From positions 21,320 through 85,319 of the forward strand of contig CAYWUT010000001.1 of assembly GCA_964460545.1 (NCBI GenBank): a DNA stretch of 64,000 nt. The letters run 5' to 3'. The notes beneath the pieces are model-generated. The model was not told the DNA's origin, did not search any database, and saw only the letters and a program-made list of their open reading frames with translations. How positions within the stretch are numbered: the stretch's first letter is position 1; each line of letters opens with the position of its first letter. Source of the DNA: an uncultured Spirochaetota bacterium. Its GTDB lineage: Bacteria > Spirochaetota > B62-G9 > DRHN01. The position numbers and the translations under genes were made by a program. Of this stretch, positions 44,398-54,500 are shown piece after piece.

Positions 44398-44994
44398 ATG
44401 CAGAAAATGTTTTTATTCACGGCACTCGCAGCGGCCGCCCTCCTCTGTTCCTGCGCCACCACGAGTGTGCAGCCTGATAGAGCGGATAGTATCGTTCTTC
44501 AAAAGTCGGCCGCAGGCGTAGACATGTCCGTACGCTTTCTCGATGAAACCGTCCTCAAAGAGCTTCACGGTGAAACGAACAACCCCTTCATCTCTCCGCC
44601 TTCAACCTTGAAGATGAACCAAACCCTGGTCTTCGAGGTGACGGCGTCCTCCGCGTCTGCGAAACCGGAAAATATTCTCATGCAGCTTAATACCATAGAG
44701 CTGCAGTTCGGCCGCAAACCCGAAGAGCCGGTAAACCGTTTTCACCTGGCAAATATCTGGGAAAGAAGGATCGAAAAGAATGACGGCTATCGGGGGTGGA
44801 ACAAGGCCCGTTTAAACAATGTTATCAAGGAATACGTGCTTCCCAATACCGCCCAGGCCGCATCCGGCGAACGTATCGAAGGATACGTTGTATTCATGGG
44901 CAAGTTCCCCACCTACGGCGACGCCACCCTCTATATTCCGGTATTCGAAAGGGAAAACATGCTGAAAAACTTCCGCTTCCAGTTCACGTTTTAA
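44398..44994 (+). CDS. lipoprotein, hypothetical
   Basis: Signal plus lipobox LLCSC. 198 aa. Followed by a strong terminator. Confidence 0.5.
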   Translation: MQKMFLFTALAAAALLCSCATTSVQPDRADSIVLQKSAAGVDMSVRFLDETVLKELHGETNNPFISPPSTLKMNQTLVFEVTASSASAKPENILMQLNTIELQFGRKPEEPVNRFHLANIWERRIEKNDGYRGWNKARLNNVIKEYVLPNTAQAASGERIEGYVVFMGKFPTYGDATLYIPVFERENMLKNFRFQFTF

Positions 44995-45025
44995 CGTTTT
45001 TTTCTACAGACAAAGTAAAAAAAAA

Positions 45026-45052
45026 CCCCCTCTTGAAAGAGGGGGTTTTTTT
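45026..45052. terminator. bidirectional Rho-independent terminator (A-run, CCCCCTCTT-gaa-AGAGGGGG, T-run)
   Basis: Perfect 8-9 bp GC-rich stem with a 3-nt loop, flanked by A8 upstream and T8 downstream. Lies between the convergent lipoprotein and porin genes. Confidence 0.85.
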
Positions 45053-45065
45053 ATTCTGATTCAGA

Positions 45066-46115
45066 TTAGAAATCGATGTCACACGCCAGGAAGAGCCCGC
45101 CGCCACCAAGAGGTTCAGCAAACGAGGTAGCCTGAGACGCATAGGCATAACCCTGATCCGTTACGAGGTAGCCGGCCCTCCACTTCGAGGCGCCGGGAGC
45201 CAGGTAAGCGGATACTTCGAGGCCCTGGAAGGTCTCAGCATTTTCAGCAAGACCGAGACCGACAGCGACGTCAGCACCGTACATGTCGGAGGGAGCGATA
45301 TTCACATCGATACCGAGCATGTTGATCGCGTCAACATCGTTTCCGTTGAGGCTCACGCCGAGCGTGGCGATCGATACGGAGTAGGCACCACCAACACCAA
45401 ACGCCCAGGTTTCCATCAGCGTATCATACTTGAAACCCGCGGCCGCTTTGGCAGGACCAAAAGAGGCATTGCCATCAACGCCGAACGCACCCTTGAACTC
45501 ATGGTTGTCGTTGATCATGTAGAAAGCCTCGGCAAAAGCAGGTCCGACCTCGGGCAGGGTGACCAGTACGCCGTAGTCGATCTGGGGAGCGGCATCGGTT
45601 CCGCCGGCTTCCATGTTGAATCCGAAGTCGACTATAGCCATCCCGAAATCAGCGTTGAAGTAGAAACCGTGGCCCGCGATGTTGCTTCTGACCGGGGTAC
45701 GTTCCCACGCATGACCCGAGACCTCGTACTTGCTCGAGTAGAGGCTCGCGAAACCGGCCTTGGCCGTGAGAGGAATGGCCAGACCGAGATAGTCGCCCAC
45801 AGACGTTTGCAGGAAGGCCGCGCCAATTGTCCACGCATTGACTGGACTAATGACTGCGGCGGCGCCGGCACCAGCAACACTGGAAGCATTACCAAAACCA
45901 CCGCCGAACTCGAACACCACATCGTTGTAGTCGTCAACACTGTAAGTAACATCGGCATAGAGGTTGCCGTAGCCGTTGTTTACCTCTGAGTGCTCAAATG
46001 GCGTGATGCCTCCGAACGTGAACTCTCCCGCCCAGCTGGCATCACTCGCAAGAGCTGGTACTGCAAAGGCAACGAGCACAGCTACCGCTGTAAGAATAAG
46101 GACTAACTTCTTCAT
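45066..46115 (-). CDS. outer-membrane beta-barrel porin-like protein (paralog B)
   Basis: Signal peptide MKKLVLILTAVAVLVAFAVPALA and a C-terminal ...CDIDF. RBS AGGAGG upstream. An AT-rich ~600-bp upstream region. Confidence 0.55.
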   Translation of the reverse strand: MKKLVLILTAVAVLVAFAVPALASDASWAGEFTFGGITPFEHSEVNNGYGNLYADVTYSVDDYNDVVFEFGGGFGNASSVAGAGAAAVISPVNAWTIGAAFLQTSVGDYLGLAIPLTAKAGFASLYSSKYEVSGHAWERTPVRSNIAGHGFYFNADFGMAIVDFGFNMEAGGTDAAPQIDYGVLVTLPEVGPAFAEAFYMINDNHEFKGAFGVDGNASFGPAKAAAGFKYDTLMETWAFGVGGAYSVSIATLGVSLNGNDVDAINMLGIDVNIAPSDMYGADVAVGLGLAENAETFQGLEVSAYLAPGASKWRAGYLVTDQGYAYASQATSFAEPLGGGGLFLACDIDF

Positions 46116-46722
46116 TTTTTAATCTTCCTCCTAAAATAAAGTCTATCCTCTGGGACCGACGGCCCCTGTTATCCAGGTTTTACCCGAATAATTCATTCGT
46201 TTCACAACATTCCGGCTTGCCAGGCCGTACTGAAATTTGAAGCTCCTCCACCCTCCTTTTAAGAATGTCTGCACCGGTTTTCCGGTGCTGAAAAGGCTTT
46301 CACCTTTTATAATCAACCGCCGAAGCGAAGCTTCAAATCCTACAGCGAGGCAGATAAACAGTGAAAGAGTATACCCTTTCATTTCAAAATGCAAGCGAAT
46401 TTTTACAAAAAAAGTAAAAAATACGCCTTAATTAAGTAATAATTATGAAAAGATCAATTCTATAAGGAATTTTTATATACGATCAGGAGCGAGGCTGCCG
46501 TCTCTACCCCCTTCTGTAATCAGCAGATAAATGATCAGGCTTTTTATTCATCCGCCCTTATGCGAGGACTCGTACTATACTATTTCGTCACGTGAAGCAC
46601 AAATCTTTATTTATTAAAATAGTAAATATTTGGAGAATAATACCACTATCCCTCATGGTAGTCAAGAAAAAATAAATAAATAACAGCAGGATACCGTGAG
46701 CCGGATTTCATCGCGTCCTCCG

Positions 46723-49020
46723 TCATTTTAATCCGTCGCCGGATCCGAGCACGTCGCCCACCCTCCCGAGAAAACTTTCAACATCAAGCGGTTTGGACAC
46801 GACATCCCGGACGGCGCTCAGTCCGTGTAGGCTCTCCAGGGTATCGGACGTTTCTCCCGTCAGTATTATGATGGGCATGTCGGTCTTCCCGGACAGCTCC
46901 TCTATGAGCATCGAACCGTCAAGCCCGGGCATATGGTAGTCGAGTATGCAGAGGTCGTACCGGTTCCCCTTATCCAGCAAATCGACCGCCTTCTCCCCGC
47001 TTCCGGCCGTGCCGACCCGGTATCCGTTCTTTTCCAGTATTTGCTTTCCGATAAGCCTGAGGTCCTCATCGTCGTCGACCAGGAGTATACTCGCCCCCCT
47101 GTGTTCCTTCCCGGTCTTTCCGCGGGGAGACGTATCACCTTCACCCGCTTCTTCCAGCAGAGGAATGGAAACCGTAAAATCCGAGCCCTCTCCGGGAACC
47201 GATTCCACGCAGAGCCCGCCGCCGAGTTTTTCCACAACCGAATAGACGATGGCCAACCCCAGCCCGTTGCCCAGCACCTCGCCCTCCAGCTTGGTCGTAA
47301 AGCAGGGCTCGAATATTTTATCCAGAATGGCTTCATCGATTCCCGTACCGTTGTCCTTCACCGAGAGCATGAGGAAGTCGGCGTTTCGCTCCTTCGGCAT
47401 GACAACGGGACGCTCCGGAGTCCGGTACGGTCCGGTACGCGCACTGACCTCGATACGTCCGTCCCGTCCCACGGCTTCACGCGCGTTCATGATGAGATTG
47501 AGCAGGACCTGCAGGATGCCTGTTTCATTCGCTTTGAACGCGCTTCCGTTTTTCACCTCGTTCCTGAAATGGAACGGAACCGACTCCCCGAGCGCTTTCT
47601 GTGCAAGGGTCTCGATCTTCATGAGGATTACAGACAGGGGGGTTGTTTTCTCCACGCTGCCGTCACCCCTCGCAAACACGAGTATCTGATCGATGAGCTC
47701 TTTCGCCTTTCCGACCACCTCCTCGTTCCCGTTCAAATGACCCCTCATCGCCTCCAGGTCCGTTTCATTCCGGGCGAGGTAATGGTTCTCCCTGATAACA
47801 GTGAGCAGATTATTCAGGTCATGGGCGAAACCGCAGGCGAGCTTACCCATGGTTTCCATCTTATACGATTGGATGAGGCTGCGTTCGAGCTCCTTCCGTT
47901 TTCGTATATCCCTGATCGTTGCAAGGTACACGCGCTCCCCGTCGAGTACGGTCGTGGATACCGAGACCTCGATCGGAATCGTGATCCCGTCCTTCCTGCG
48001 TATGCCGGTTTCGAACGCCGTTACATTCCCGGCGTTGTCCTGGCTTACGCGGGTTCGCCGCTCTTCGCGAAAGCTTCCCGGCTCCTCCTCGGAGAGAAGA
48101 AGCCGAATATCCATCCCCCTGAGCTCGTTTGGTTCGAACAGGGTCAGCTTCTCGAAGGCGGGATTATTGAAGACTATCTCCCTTTGCGTATTGGAAGCCA
48201 CTATACCGTCGTTAATACCGTTCATGATGGTTTCATAGGTATGCCGTATACGAGCCTCACACTCCCGGGACCGGGACATGGAATGCACGACGCTTTCCAT
48301 GAGCTTCCGCGATGTTCCCGTTATATGGTAGAGAATATACCCGAGGAAGAGTATATAGAGCGATTTAAAGACCTGTCCGATTATGTTCCCCGAGGTGATC
48401 TCGCTGAAAAAGGGAAGGAGGGAAAACTCCGGATAGCGGAGAAAATAAACGAGATTGAATGCTGTGAGAACCAGCCCGACCGTATACACGGTGAACATCT
48501 TTCTCTGTCTGAGCGCGCTTCCGGCGAGTATCACGATATAGAGAAAGACCGTGGCGTTCGTTACCGGACCGATCGACGATGAGAGGTAAGATCCGACATA
48601 GATGGAACAGGTGACGATGACCGTATCGATGAGCACGGAAAAATACTTGATTATGCACCTGTACCGGTTCTGCCTGAATACAATGCCGAGGTAGAAATTG
48701 TAAATCGCCGTACCCGCGATAAACCCGTAGGCGTAATAGTGGGTGGATAAGAAGCGTCCCGTTACGGCAAGGACCGAGATAAGCACGAGCTCGAAGATGA
48801 CGATACACCAGCGCAGCCAGTAGAAAAATTTTTCTCCCTGTATCTCCTCCTTCAAAACGAGGAAGGGAATCCTCTCTTTTCGATTCGAACTCACTGTACC
48901 CCTCTTTCGTATCGGAAATCGGACACGCTCACTCCGGATATAAACACGCTTCCGGACGCCGCTGTTCCCGAACAGGCGGTCCTGCAAAGAAGGAGATGCT
49001 AAAAGGGGAAACGGCCGCAT
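46723..49020 (-). CDS. hybrid sensor histidine kinase (N-terminal multi-TM sensor, PAS, HisKA, HATPase_c, C-terminal REC)
   Basis: H-box FAHDLNNLLTVI, ATPase G-boxes DNGTGID and GNGLGLAIV, and a C-terminal receiver ILLVDDDEDLR...DLCILDYHMPGLDG. Confidence 0.8.
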   Translation of the reverse strand: MRPFPLLASPSLQDRLFGNSGVRKRVYIRSERVRFPIRKRGTVSSNRKERIPFLVLKEEIQGEKFFYWLRWCIVIFELVLISVLAVTGRFLSTHYYAYGFIAGTAIYNFYLGIVFRQNRYRCIIKYFSVLIDTVIVTCSIYVGSYLSSSIGPVTNATVFLYIVILAGSALRQRKMFTVYTVGLVLTAFNLVYFLRYPEFSLLPFFSEITSGNIIGQVFKSLYILFLGYILYHITGTSRKLMESVVHSMSRSRECEARIRHTYETIMNGINDGIVASNTQREIVFNNPAFEKLTLFEPNELRGMDIRLLLSEEEPGSFREERRTRVSQDNAGNVTAFETGIRRKDGITIPIEVSVSTTVLDGERVYLATIRDIRKRKELERSLIQSYKMETMGKLACGFAHDLNNLLTVIRENHYLARNETDLEAMRGHLNGNEEVVGKAKELIDQILVFARGDGSVEKTTPLSVILMKIETLAQKALGESVPFHFRNEVKNGSAFKANETGILQVLLNLIMNAREAVGRDGRIEVSARTGPYRTPERPVVMPKERNADFLMLSVKDNGTGIDEAILDKIFEPCFTTKLEGEVLGNGLGLAIVYSVVEKLGGGLCVESVPGEGSDFTVSIPLLEEAGEGDTSPRGKTGKEHRGASILLVDDDEDLRLIGKQILEKNGYRVGTAGSGEKAVDLLDKGNRYDLCILDYHMPGLDGSMLIEELSGKTDMPIIILTGETSDTLESLHGLSAVRDVVSKPLDVESFLGRVGDVLGSGDGLK

Positions 49021-49042
49021 GGAAAGAAAGCCGCGTATAAAA

Positions 49043-49909
49043 CTATTCTCTTATATCGAATTCATAGGTAAAGATCTGATTCTTCCTCTCGAGATCCACA
49101 CTGATCCTCGAATCGTCCTTAATATTTTCCCAGAGTTTGTACGACTGATCTATCCGGTTCAGCTCATGCCCGTTAACGCGGCGTATAATATCGCCGTTCC
49201 TTCCTCCCAGTTCATACACGATACTGTCATTAGGCACCTTTATAAGACGCATTCCCTCCATCTTCCCGTCTTCCATGTAAGGACTGATGGCGATTTTCGT
49301 CAGTATTTCATTGACCCGGTTGAATACCTTGCTCTCAACATCACTTCTGCTCAGCACCTTCGTTATCTGTTTCGCGTCGCCGTAGATGTCGTCGCTCCGC
49401 CTGTTCGATTCCTCGGAGGAAGCGTTCTTCGAGCTCTTCTGCTGCGGCGTATAATACATGGGGAGCCCGACCGCCTTAAATCCGTCATGGAGCAGTACCC
49501 TGCGTTTCTCTATGCCGACGACCTCGAGGTTGTCTATCATGTCCCCCTTCCTGTATATGCCGCTCTCCCGTTCCCGCGCCTTCCTTATGAGCGCGATGGA
49601 CCGGTCATCGGGAAGCATGATGACCCCGCTGAGCTCGTATTTCCTCAATAACGGAGAATCCACGGTTTCGATTTCTTCACCGTCCGAGATGCCGGTACCG
49701 GGCGACGTTACGGTAAAGAGGGGTGAATTGAAGAAGACGAGCTCGTATTCCTCTGTTTTCAGGGGCTCGCGGACCTCCGGAGCCGAGAAATCGGCATCGG
49801 GCGGAGAAACGAGAACGCGCCGTTCTATGGATATCCCGACCAGCCTGGAGGCCTGGAAGAGAATGAAAACTCCTATGCAGATATAGAGAAGAAAGAAGAG
49901 CTTCTTCAT
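49043..49909 (-). CDS. GspC-like type II secretion protein (N-terminal TM anchor, C-terminal PDZ domain)
   Basis: Single TM MKKLFFLLYICIGVFILF. PDZ-like C-terminus (GMRLIKVPNDSIVYELGGRNGDIIRRVNGHELNRIDQSYKLW). Immediately upstream of the prepilin peptidase. Confidence 0.5.
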   Translation of the reverse strand: MKKLFFLLYICIGVFILFQASRLVGISIERRVLVSPPDADFSAPEVREPLKTEEYELVFFNSPLFTVTSPGTGISDGEEIETVDSPLLRKYELSGVIMLPDDRSIALIRKARERESGIYRKGDMIDNLEVVGIEKRRVLLHDGFKAVGLPMYYTPQQKSSKNASSEESNRRSDDIYGDAKQITKVLSRSDVESKVFNRVNEILTKIAISPYMEDGKMEGMRLIKVPNDSIVYELGGRNGDIIRRVNGHELNRIDQSYKLWENIKDDSRISVDLERKNQIFTYEFDIRE

Positions 49910-49951
49910 GGACCGGCACTATCCCCTCTCTTTATATGTGCAATAATACTA

Positions 49952-50689
49952 TTAAAAAAAGAGAATTTCAATAAAGACTCCTCCGGCGAGACAGGGTAAA
50001 AAGGGAAGCTTCATCCCTCCCGCGCTTTTCCTTTTTATTATAAGGAGAACGAATCCGGCGATAAGGCCCAGAACCGAGGCGCAAATGAGCACCCGTATAA
50101 TCTCTTCGGGTCCGAAATAGAGGGATACACCGGGGAGCACGAGAAGATCTCCCACACCCAGGCCCATCCGTTTCTTTATAATAAATACCGCTCCGATGCT
50201 GACCGCCGCAAGGCCCACCCCGACCGCCAGTCCGTACAGCGGAACCGGAAGGGGGACCGGCACGGTTCCCCGAATAACGAGCAGCAGGTAGGCGGCACTT
50301 CCCGCATATACCGTTAATCCCTCCCACACCCGTATGGAACCGACCTCCAGGTCCAACAGCGCGAGATAGAGAAGCACGCAACTGAGATATCCGTAACAGA
50401 AGAAGAGCGGCGTTATTCCGTGGTGCCGGTAGAGAAAAAAAAGTACGCACGGGAGCACGATCTCCGCCGCAGGGTACCGTACCGGTATTGATTTCCCGCA
50501 GTACCTGCACCTCCCTCTCAGCAGTATGTAGCTCAGCACAGGTATGAGGTCCGGGATTCTGAGACTCGAACCGCAGTCCGGACAGAAGGACGGGGGCGTT
50601 ACGATCGATATGTTCCTGTGGCTCCTGTAGGAAAGGCTGCCTATGAAGCTCGCCAGAGCAAGCCCTGTGCAGATTATAAAGATCCCCAC
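49952..50689 (-). CDS. prepilin peptidase (A24 family; PilD/GspO)
   Basis: N-terminal zinc-binding CPDCGS...CRYCGK, followed by multi-TM peptidase A24 topology with conserved Asp positions. Confidence 0.75.
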   Translation of the reverse strand: MGIFIICTGLALASFIGSLSYRSHRNISIVTPPSFCPDCGSSLRIPDLIPVLSYILLRGRCRYCGKSIPVRYPAAEIVLPCVLFFLYRHHGITPLFFCYGYLSCVLLYLALLDLEVGSIRVWEGLTVYAGSAAYLLLVIRGTVPVPLPVPLYGLAVGVGLAAVSIGAVFIIKKRMGLGVGDLLVLPGVSLYFGPEEIIRVLICASVLGLIAGFVLLIIKRKSAGGMKLPFLPCLAGGVFIEILFF

Positions 50690-50692
50690 CGT

Positions 50693-51529
50693 TCAGCTCA
50701 CATAGTGATAGGCGTTTTTAAAGAGAGCCAGTCCGTCCCCCTCCTCGGACAAGGGAGCACCCGAGCGTTTCGCCCTTTCCCGAACCAGGGTCCAATCAGG
50801 GTACTGGTAAATGCTGACAGCGGCCTCGGGATGGGGCATGAGACCGAAAACCCGTCCCGTGGGGTCGCACAGGCCGGCGATCGCATTCTGCGATCCGTTC
50901 GGATTCCAGGGGAAGCGCTGCGTCGCCTTAAAAGAACCGTCCCCGTACCTGAGCGGGACCTGTTCGTTTTTTTCGACCGTCTCCAGAGTCCCTTCCTCCG
51001 CAATGAGCCTCCCCTCCCCGTGCCGTACGGGCAGCCGTACATTTTTGAGCCCGCGGGTAAATACGTTCGGGGATTTTTCAACCTCGAGATTTACCCACCG
51101 GTTCAGGAAAGTTCCCTCCCTGTTGAACCCGAGTGTCATCTGCTGCTCTCCGTATGCTCCGCCGGCAGCGGGAATGATCCCGAGACGCACGAGTATCTGG
51201 AACCCGTTGCACACTCCCAGTATGAGCCCGTCCCGATTGACGAACTCCATCAGGTAATCGTAGAGTCCGGTGCCGCCCTCGCCGGCCGAATACCGTATCT
51301 TTGCTGAAAACGCGACACCCGACCCGAGATCGTCGCCGAAAGTAAATCCCCCTGGAAACACGATGAGGTTGTAATCGAATATTCGCCTGCCCGATCCGAG
51401 CAGGTCTTTCAGGTGCACGCGATGCGGATCGAATCCCGCGAGTTTGCACGCCGTAAACGTCTCATAATCACAGTTTATTCCATAACCGGCAAGTACGAGC
51501 GCTTTCGGACTTTTTTTCCCCACCTTCAC
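50693..51529 (-). CDS. purQ: phosphoribosylformylglycinamidine synthase subunit PurQ (glutaminase)
   Basis: Class I amidotransferase nucleophile GVCNGFQIL and a His/Glu pair near the C-terminus (HPE). Confidence 0.85.
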   Translation of the reverse strand: MKVGKKSPKALVLAGYGINCDYETFTACKLAGFDPHRVHLKDLLGSGRRIFDYNLIVFPGGFTFGDDLGSGVAFSAKIRYSAGEGGTGLYDYLMEFVNRDGLILGVCNGFQILVRLGIIPAAGGAYGEQQMTLGFNREGTFLNRWVNLEVEKSPNVFTRGLKNVRLPVRHGEGRLIAEEGTLETVEKNEQVPLRYGDGSFKATQRFPWNPNGSQNAIAGLCDPTGRVFGLMPHPEAAVSIYQYPDWTLVRERAKRSGAPLSEEGDGLALFKNAYHYVS

Positions 51530-51556
51530 TCTCCCTTTGCCTTCCGTTATACCCTG

Positions 51557-54500
51557 TCAGCCGCCCTCAGGGCCGTCATCAAAGGCCATCCCCATGAGGT
51601 CGTAGAGCGGCCTCCGGTAAGAGGAGGCGATGCTTTCCACGCTGAGCGACAGCAGTTCCCCTCTCTTTGCCTTTACGCGAAGGTCATTCCCCTCGCCGGT
51701 TTTCCCTATCCTGACGAGGAGGTGCGACAAACCCGCGGTCCCGGCGCGCCGTTCGAGATCACTTTCTCTGTCCCCGTTCACCGAGACGAGGAACCTGCCC
51801 GCGGACTCCGAGAACAGGACCTCTTCGGGGCTCAGACCCGAACGTTCCTCCACGGAAGAGATATCCACGTCGGATCCGAGCATCCCGCCGATACATGATT
51901 CCATGAGGCCTACGGCCAGGCCCCCTTCGGAGAGGTCGTGACCGCTCGCGATGACCCCGTCTCTCACGAGTCCGAAGTAAAACCGGTACACCGCGCCGTT
52001 GCGTGTAAAATCCACCTCCGGAAGCCTGTGAGAGCTCCCGCCGTAAAGCCTGTAAAAGAGTGAGCAGCCGAGAGCGGGACCCGTCTCGCCCAGCAAATAG
52101 ATCCCGTCGCCCGGGAGCTTGAAATCGGAGGTAACGCAGGTCCGTATATCGGGTACGATACCGAGCGCGGACACGAGTACGGTCGGAAGAACGCTCACCT
52201 TGTGCTCACCGATCTTATAGTCGTTCTTCATACTGTCCTTCCCGGATATGAAGGGCGCACCGTACGCGGTCGCCGCGTCATGGAGAGCCTCCGCGGCGCG
52301 TACGAGCTGCGCGAGCTTATACCGGCCGTCCGGTGTCTTTTCTTCGTTGTAAACCGGGTCGGGCCAGCAGAAGTTGTCGAGAAGCGCCACCCGGTCAGGA
52401 TCCGCTCCCACGGAGACTGCATTCCGAAGGGCCTCGTCAACCGCATGAGCTCCCATTGTATAGGTGTCGACCGGGGAAAGAAAGGGATTTATCCCCGACG
52501 CGAGCACGAACCCGGTATGATCACCGGGAACCGGGGCGATCACGCCGCCGTCGGACGGAGCGGTCTTCCCCTTTTCCTTGCCGGTCCATCCCATCAGTGG
52601 CTTTATCACCGTATTCCCGCCTACCTCGTGGTCGTAGCGTCTGATCACGGGCTCCCTCGAGCATATGTTGAGGTCTCCTATCATCCGGAGGAACACTTCT
52701 CCCAGATCTCCCGCCCCTGAGGGCGGCTTTCTGCGAACGGGCGGTTCTTCCCACACGGCTTCGAGTGAGAGGGGAATGGATGCATGCAGAAATTCCAGCT
52801 CCAGCAGCCCCACCGTCCTGTTACCGTAACGTATGTGAAAATATCCCGAATCGGTAAAACGTCCGATGGAAACGGCGAGAACGTCACGTGATTCGGCGAG
52901 CTCGAGAAATCTATTCAATTTCTCCTCAGGAACCGCCAGAGTCATGCGCTCCTGCGCTTCGGAGAGGAGTATCTCCCATGGATCGAGACCGGCATATTTA
53001 AGCGGGGCCTTTTCGAGCTGAAGCACCGCGCCGCCCGCAAGCAGGGCCATCTCACCGACGGACGAGGAGAGACCTCCCGCACCGTTATCCGTTATTCCCC
53101 TGTAGAGAAAACGGTCACGGGCCTCGAGTATCATGTCGAGCAGGTTCTTCTGCGTTATGGGGTCCCCGATTTGCACCGCCTGCGACGGGGATTTTTCCGA
53201 GATCTCCTCGCTCGAAAAGGTCGCGCCGTGAATTCCGTCCTTCCCGATCCTGCCTCCGGCCATGACGATCACGTCACCGGGTTTCGCGTGCTTTTCATGT
53301 GCCGGCATGCCATCGATAAACCGCGGCATGATGCCGACGGACCCGCAGAATACGAGGGGCTTGCCCCTGTATGAGGGGTCGAAAAGAACAGCCCCGTTTA
53401 CCGTAGGTATGCCGCACTTGTTTCCCCCGTCCTCTATCCCCTTGACGACACCCTCCATGATCCGTTTCGGGTGCATCATCCGGGGAGGCAGTTCATCCAC
53501 GGAAACAAAAGGATCGCCGAAACAGAGCACGTCCGTATGGGCTATAATACGGGAGCCCATACCCGTTCCGGCCGGGTCCCGGTCGCATCCCACGATTCCG
53601 GTGATCGCCCCCCCGTAGGGATCGAGCGCTGAAGGCGAGTTGTGGGTCTCCACCTTGAATGCGAGGTTGTAATCGTCGTTGAATCGTACGACCCCCGCGT
53701 TGTCGCTGAAAACGGATACGAGAAAATACTTTTCCTTCGCGATCCGTTCGGTCGCCGAGCATATAAAGGTCTTGAAAAGGGAGTTGATGACCCGCTCCCT
53801 GCCGTTCTCCCGGTAACGGATCGATGCGTTGAATATCTTGTGCTTGCAGTGTTCCGACTGCGTCTGCGCGAAACACTCGAGCTCCACATCGGTCGGGTCC
53901 GGACCGATGCCCTCGTCTATCCTGGCCTGCCGCACGGCCTCCCTGTCGAAATAATTTCTGAAGTACTTCATCTCCTCGAGTGTAAGGGCGAGCACGCGAT
54001 CGGCGGATAGTTCCATGAGTGCATCATCGGGAACATGCAGGTCAAGCGTATCAACCACCGGTGCATGATCGAAAAAACTGTTCTTTGACCGCGGGCCGAC
54101 CCCCCCCTGCTCCTCGAATTCGTTCCGATCGAGTATAACGATCTCCTCGATAAGGCCGTTGTAGAGTATCTCCCTCCCGATGCGCTCCACCGATTTCCGT
54201 TCAAGCTCCGCATCGATGAGATACTGTACGGACTTGTAAACGGCCGGGAGGGAGCCGTCTCCGGCGTCGGACGGCCCGGGCCGCTGTTCACCGTTTTTCA
54301 TCATCATCTTCAGGACATCGGTCGCCGTATGTCCCACATTATCCGTGACACCCGGTTTGTAACCAACCTCGACCGCCCACCTGAAAAACGGGAGCTTCAG
54401 TGCCGCAGGCGCGTCCACCGTATAGATGCAGAGCACGGGGTCGCACAAAACATCCCGGGCGAATTCCGAAAGCCGTTCCTTTGAAAGGCGGGAATAAACC

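Noticed and set aside
46143-46394. 83-aa minus-strand ORF upstream of porin B
   Set aside because: It lies in the AT-rich promoter/leader region. There is no RBS and no homology cue. It is more likely a 5' UTR than a leader peptide.
46933-48582. 549-aa plus-strand ORF
   Set aside because: It is antisense to the hybrid histidine kinase, which has H-box, G-boxes and a REC domain. No independent support.
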